Of a DNA stretch of 64,000 bases, positions 60,070 through 64,000 are shown piece by piece; position 1 is the stretch's first letter; each line of letters starts with the position of its first letter. The translations under genes were made by a program, and so were the position numbers. The notes beneath the pieces are model-generated. The model was not told the DNA's origin. It saw nothing but the letters and a program-made list of their open reading frames with translations, and ran no database searches. The stretch covers positions 8,187 to 72,186 of the forward strand of contig CAVYHK010000031.1 in the NCBI GenBank assembly GCA_963768145.1, in the 5' to 3' direction. This stretch comes from an uncultured Bacteroidota bacterium. GTDB taxonomy: Bacteria > Bacteroidota > Ignavibacteria > Kryptoniales > JAKASW01.

Positions 60070-60750
60070 GTGAGAACCGTCAGCATATTACCGTTCACTA
60101 AGGAGTTTAAGAAAACCCCAGGCAAACTAAGCTTCCCAGGAATGAGTTGGACTTCAGAGGGAATATTGATAGTTAGGGGAAGCAACGGAACTGGCAAGAC
60201 AACTTTTCTGAAGCAACTACGTGAAGACCAGTTAGTGTTGGTCGATGGAATGAAGTGCGACATCGCACTGATGGATCAAATGTTCTCGTCTTATATTTAT
60301 CCGTATAAACCAATATGGTGGAACATCATGTTGCCGAGAATAATCAAGGAGAGGATACCCAACGATGAGGCAATGAGACTTGCGCGTGACAAGCTGAAAG
60401 AGTTTGATCTGAACTTTGATAACATCGAGAGGCTGCCATCTGGCAGAGGAGGCCATAATATTGGATTATCAGGTGGTGAGATGCATCTGATCGTTTTACT
60501 GAGGACCAGCCTTTCGAGCCATAAGGTTTTGTTATTAGACGAGCCTACGGCTGGCGTCGATGCGGAGAATTTCTCCAGAGCATGGAAGTTGATATTTGAA
60601 TTGAGCGAGAACACGGACAAGATTATCATTGTGGTTACTCATGATGACATTCAGAAAAGTGAAACCAGAGAATCGATTGATTTTCCGGGTTTTGGAAACA
60701 AAACGATAAAGATACAGCGAACTCTCTTTATGAGGTGCAAAGATGAATAG
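60070..60750 (+). CDS. Divergent ABC transporter ATP-binding protein
   Basis: GSNGTGKTT, LSGGE, LLDEPT, VTHD. Confidence 0.85.
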   Translation: MRTVSILPFTKEFKKTPGKLSFPGMSWTSEGILIVRGSNGTGKTTFLKQLREDQLVLVDGMKCDIALMDQMFSSYIYPYKPIWWNIMLPRIIKERIPNDEAMRLARDKLKEFDLNFDNIERLPSGRGGHNIGLSGGEMHLIVLLRTSLSSHKVLLLDEPTAGVDAENFSRAWKLIFELSENTDKIIIVVTHDDIQKSETRESIDFPGFGNKTIKIQRTLFMRCKDE

Positions 60751-61708
60751 GTCGCGCAGTTTTTTATCAGTAATTACCCTTCTTCTTTTGTCGGTAATGT
60801 TTTTTAGTTGTTCTAAGGGTTGCTCTCGAAACGGGCCCACTAACGAAACAATTGTCACTGCAGCCTACGTTCCCGCAGGTTATTATTTACCTTTCCTGGT
60901 CATGGAGAGTGAAGGATTGCTGGAGAAAAGAGGTTACAGTCTTCAATTGCAGAGATTTCAAGATAACGCAGAAATGGTTAGCCTTTTGTTAAATGATCAA
61001 CTTGATGTAACGGCCCAGAGTTCCCTAACCATGTTTCCTATTGAAGCAGACAATCCCGGATTGGTGAAGTTCGTGTACGGCCAATATCTGAGAAGTTATT
61101 ATTTTGTCACCAAGAAGAACTCGGGCATTAGTTTAATCACCGACCTAAAAGGTAAAAAGATTGGAACATGGAAAAGTCCTACTGCTGAGGTATTCGTTAA
61201 ACTGGTCTTGAGGAACAATGGATTGAATGATGGTGACTATGAAATAAAGAAATATAACGCTAACGAATGGCCGTCAATGTTAGAGAACGGTCAAGTCGAT
61301 GCCGTGTTTGGTTTTGATTCGGGAGTTGCACAATTATTGGACAAGAAAGACTACGTAATCTTTGCGGAAAATGAACTCCAAAAGCTGCAGACCGGTTCTC
61401 CGATTTTTAATGGGGGTGGCTTCATAAGATCAAAACTAATAGCGGAGAATCCACAAAAGGCAAGAGCGATCAGAGATGCAATGAACGAGGCCATGAATAT
61501 CATTAGAGACGATCCGAAAAGGATAACGAAAATCGTCATGGAAAAGATAGGAGCGCCAGAAAACGTTCTTGACTTGGTGCATTTTGACGATTTCCATTAT
61601 CCTAATGAAAGCCTTTACGAATCGGCAGAAGCTACTTATAGGATGCTAAAGGACAACGACATTATGAAAAAAGACATAGACGTTCGAGGCATGTTCTGGC
61701 AACAATGA
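60743..61708 (+). CDS. ABC substrate-binding lipoprotein (SsuA/TauA/NMT1-like)
   Basis: Lipobox FSC; DLKGKKIG, LENGQVDA. Confidence 0.85.
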   Translation: MNRSRSFLSVITLLLLSVMFFSCSKGCSRNGPTNETIVTAAYVPAGYYLPFLVMESEGLLEKRGYSLQLQRFQDNAEMVSLLLNDQLDVTAQSSLTMFPIEADNPGLVKFVYGQYLRSYYFVTKKNSGISLITDLKGKKIGTWKSPTAEVFVKLVLRNNGLNDGDYEIKKYNANEWPSMLENGQVDAVFGFDSGVAQLLDKKDYVIFAENELQKLQTGSPIFNGGGFIRSKLIAENPQKARAIRDAMNEAMNIIRDDPKRITKIVMEKIGAPENVLDLVHFDDFHYPNESLYESAEATYRMLKDNDIMKKDIDVRGMFWQQ

Positions 61709-62514
61709 GAGGTATTCTAACAAGAGGGTTATTGGTAATCCTAAGGATAGGAAAGCTTCTCCTACCTATAATAGTAAGAATCGCATTCTATGCTTTGATT
61801 TACGTTTGGATAAGTTCGGCGATGAACAAACCTGCCTTCCCAAGAATAACCGCATTCGTGGACCTTCTTCAGAACGGATTTTTGAGCAAGTTTTGTCAAA
61901 ACGCCTTGCCGAGCATTATTCGATGGTCAGTTATCCTCCTCGTAGGTTCAGCTGCCGGAGTGATCGTGGGGATTACTGTCGGTTACGTGAAATCAATATA
62001 CAAGTTGACAAATTTTGAGATAGATTTCCTGCGTTCGATTCCAGCTACTACGATTGTAACATTTGTCTTTGTTGCTTTCAGTGATAATGAGGTCTCTCGA
62101 AATATTCCGGTCTTTTACATAACCTTCTTCACTATTGTGTTCTATGTGTCGAGTCACATATATATACTGGACAGAACTAGAATTAACCACCTCAAAGACC
62201 TCGGTGCGAGTTTTAGATTCATTATGTTTAATTGTCTGGTTTTTGAATCCCTTCCTATAATTCTTATTGCGATCAGACAAGCAGTCTCCCTCTCTTTTCT
62301 GGTTTTAGTAAGCATAGAATTAATTGTTGGTTCGAGCAACAATTTAGGTCTGGGGGTTATGCTTTATGACTATAAGGAATATCTGAACTACAAAGAAATC
62401 ATAATCACAATACTATTACTTGGAGGCATGGGATATATCGCAAATTATGCTTTTCACGCGCTCAACAGGAGACTAATCTTTTGGGAGCGAGGCACAAATG
62501 CCGATAGTCAATAG
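61705..62514 (+). CDS. ABC transporter permease (TauC/SsuC-like)
   Basis: DFLRSIP, EAA-like DLGAS...ESLP, IELIVGSSNNLGLG. Confidence 0.85.
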   Translation: MRGILTRGLLVILRIGKLLLPIIVRIAFYALIYVWISSAMNKPAFPRITAFVDLLQNGFLSKFCQNALPSIIRWSVILLVGSAAGVIVGITVGYVKSIYKLTNFEIDFLRSIPATTIVTFVFVAFSDNEVSRNIPVFYITFFTIVFYVSSHIYILDRTRINHLKDLGASFRFIMFNCLVFESLPIILIAIRQAVSLSFLVLVSIELIVGSSNNLGLGVMLYDYKEYLNYKEIIITILLLGGMGYIANYAFHALNRRLIFWERGTNADSQ

Positions 62515-63244
62515 AAAACAACTCTTCCATTTTCTTGACGTCCTGTCATTTGGGGTAATGCCAGCTAAGTATTTTCTTAACAAACGTTGGAAGATCAATG
62601 TGCACAATTTCTATCTTGTGACAGGCCTCGTCCTTCTTATTTATCTAATTGATAAATTGGATGCCTTCCCAAGTGCTCCATCTTTTTCTGCTCAGAGTGG
62701 AAGCATAGCACCAATTGTCACTGGCGGGATAAGCTCAGTCGGTCTTTATTTTAATATCTTCGCTTGCATAGTGTTTGTTCTCATGTTTTTCATTTCTTTC
62801 ATCATTGACTTGAAGCACGCCATAACAGGTGAAGAAATCCCGGACATTTACTATAAAGACGACGAATTAACCTCAGATTCTAAAGTGTATTATTCTGTTC
62901 TCTTATTGATAGTTGGATTTGTGATAAGGGTAATCCTGCTCAGCATCTTGTTTCTAATAGGTCTGGAGACCATCAACGTCGGCTCAGTCACTGAATATGG
63001 ATATTCTATCTTCAGTTCTGGAGATATGCCAGACTTCAGTGGAGGTTTCTTGGGAAAGATAATGACTGCTTTGAATCAACCTTTGTCTCTGTGGAATGCT
63101 CGGAACGGTCCATTCATTTGGGGAGATTGCTTTTTGTTTTTTGCAGGGCTTGTGAAGATAGTAATATTGACTTTTTTGCTGGGAATATTTCTTGAAATAA
63201 TAACAGGGATCAGATCAATGTTTCGCGAGCCCCATGGAGAATGA
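62498..63244 (+). CDS. Hypothetical membrane protein (about 4 TM)
   Basis: 248-aa ORF overlapping the permease; several hydrophobic helices. Confidence 0.75.
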   Translation: MPIVNRKQLFHFLDVLSFGVMPAKYFLNKRWKINVHNFYLVTGLVLLIYLIDKLDAFPSAPSFSAQSGSIAPIVTGGISSVGLYFNIFACIVFVLMFFISFIIDLKHAITGEEIPDIYYKDDELTSDSKVYYSVLLLIVGFVIRVILLSILFLIGLETINVGSVTEYGYSIFSSGDMPDFSGGFLGKIMTALNQPLSLWNARNGPFIWGDCFLFFAGLVKIVILTFLLGIFLEIITGIRSMFREPHGE

Positions 63245-63636
63245 TCACACTTGTCTCGCGGGCACTGGTATTGTTACCACGTGATCGACTAATTCACGCC
63301 ATCGCTCACAATCTGCTTGGGAAAGAGAGGGGGTTGAAAGGATAACGTCGTTTCTCATATTGGCCAGTGGTCGAGTAATTCAGCGAGTCGCTCTCGGCGT
63401 CAAGAGTAACCAATAGCCGCCCACAAGACGCGATCTTAAAAGTCCAATCTGTCGTGTCGTGCTCTGTGCGGGCGCGTGCCTCTCACCCATTAGTCATTCA
63501 TTGTCCATTGTACCACATCCGCGCCTTTTCATATCACCTCTACCATGATTTCCGCCGCTGTGAGCAGATGCTCATTCCGCGTGATTGATTGTTAGCCTCT
63601 TTTTGGGTATTTTTAGTAAACAAATCATGGTATGAA

Positions 63637-64000
63637 ATGACACAACCCCTCAATGTTTTGTTTCTATCCTCCGAGGTGTTTCCTTTTGCCAAGACAGGAG
63701 GACTCGCCGATGTTGCCAGCGCTCTTCCGCAGGCTTTGAAAGAAATCGGAAACGATATAAGGCTCGCGATTCCTCGTTATGGATTTGTGAATGAGAGGAA
63801 ATTCCGCATTCATGAAATCATCAGACTGAAGAATATCGACATACCAATTGGGAAGAAGACGGCGAAGCTGAATGTGAAATCTTCGTTCCTCGTTGGCGAG
63901 CGAATAAAGGTCCAGATCTACTTCATCGACAGCTCGGATTTCTTCGGCAGGGCGGGAATCTATCAGGATCCGAGGTCGAAGAAAGATTACTCCGATAACG
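63637..64000 (+). CDS. glgA: Glycogen synthase, 5' part (runs off the window)
   Basis: MTQPLNVLFLSSEVFPFAKTGGLADVASALP...IPRY (not in the ORF track because it is incomplete). Confidence 0.93.
   Translation, partial: MTQPLNVLFLSSEVFPFAKTGGLADVASALPQALKEIGNDIRLAIPRYGFVNERKFRIHEIIRLKNIDIPIGKKTAKLNVKSSFLVGERIKVQIYFIDSSDFFGRAGIYQDPRSKKDYSDN

Overview
Bacterial chromosomal window, most likely from an Ignavibacteria/Kryptonia-type FCB-group organism. This is inferred from T9SS-type C-terminal 'NYPNPFNPST' domains combined with Shine-Dalgarno sites and TTGAWT-N17-TAAATT sigma70-like promoters. (1) About 0.3-10 kb: an integron-like gene-cassette array. Co-oriented genes are separated by a family of 115-172 bp imperfect palindromes bounded by ...AAC and GTTA..., and each cassette's two ends are complementary over 16-21 bp. 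The sites have a non-canonical, branched attC geometry, and no integrase lies in the window. One unusually large 4-kb cassette carries a PD-(D/E)XK-like nuclease coupled to a membrane-tailed HerA/FtsK ATPase, a candidate undescribed defence or toxin system. (2) 11.6-49.4 kb: mostly core and secreted-protein genes, namely APC permease, PIG-L deacetylase, GH31, serA, two Tat+DUF362+T9SS paralogs, a kinase-less propeller sensor, a pilin-like trio, proline dehydrogenase, uvrB, comF, prmA, ppx, rsmB, iscS, rplU, rpmA and mdh. It also contains many REP-like palindromes, a deleted IS200-type tnpA, and a REP-associated tyrosine transposase with 14 in-frame 36-bp REP-like hairpin repeats inside its own gene. 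prmA and mdh each have a 1-bp frameshift. (3) 50.5-63.2 kb: a defence island (Mrr-like nuclease, second nuclease, type III R-M split by a Y1 transposase, RES protein, HEPN-like protein) followed by a divergent ABC importer, then the 5' end of glgA. All annotations come from reading motifs by eye; no searches were run.
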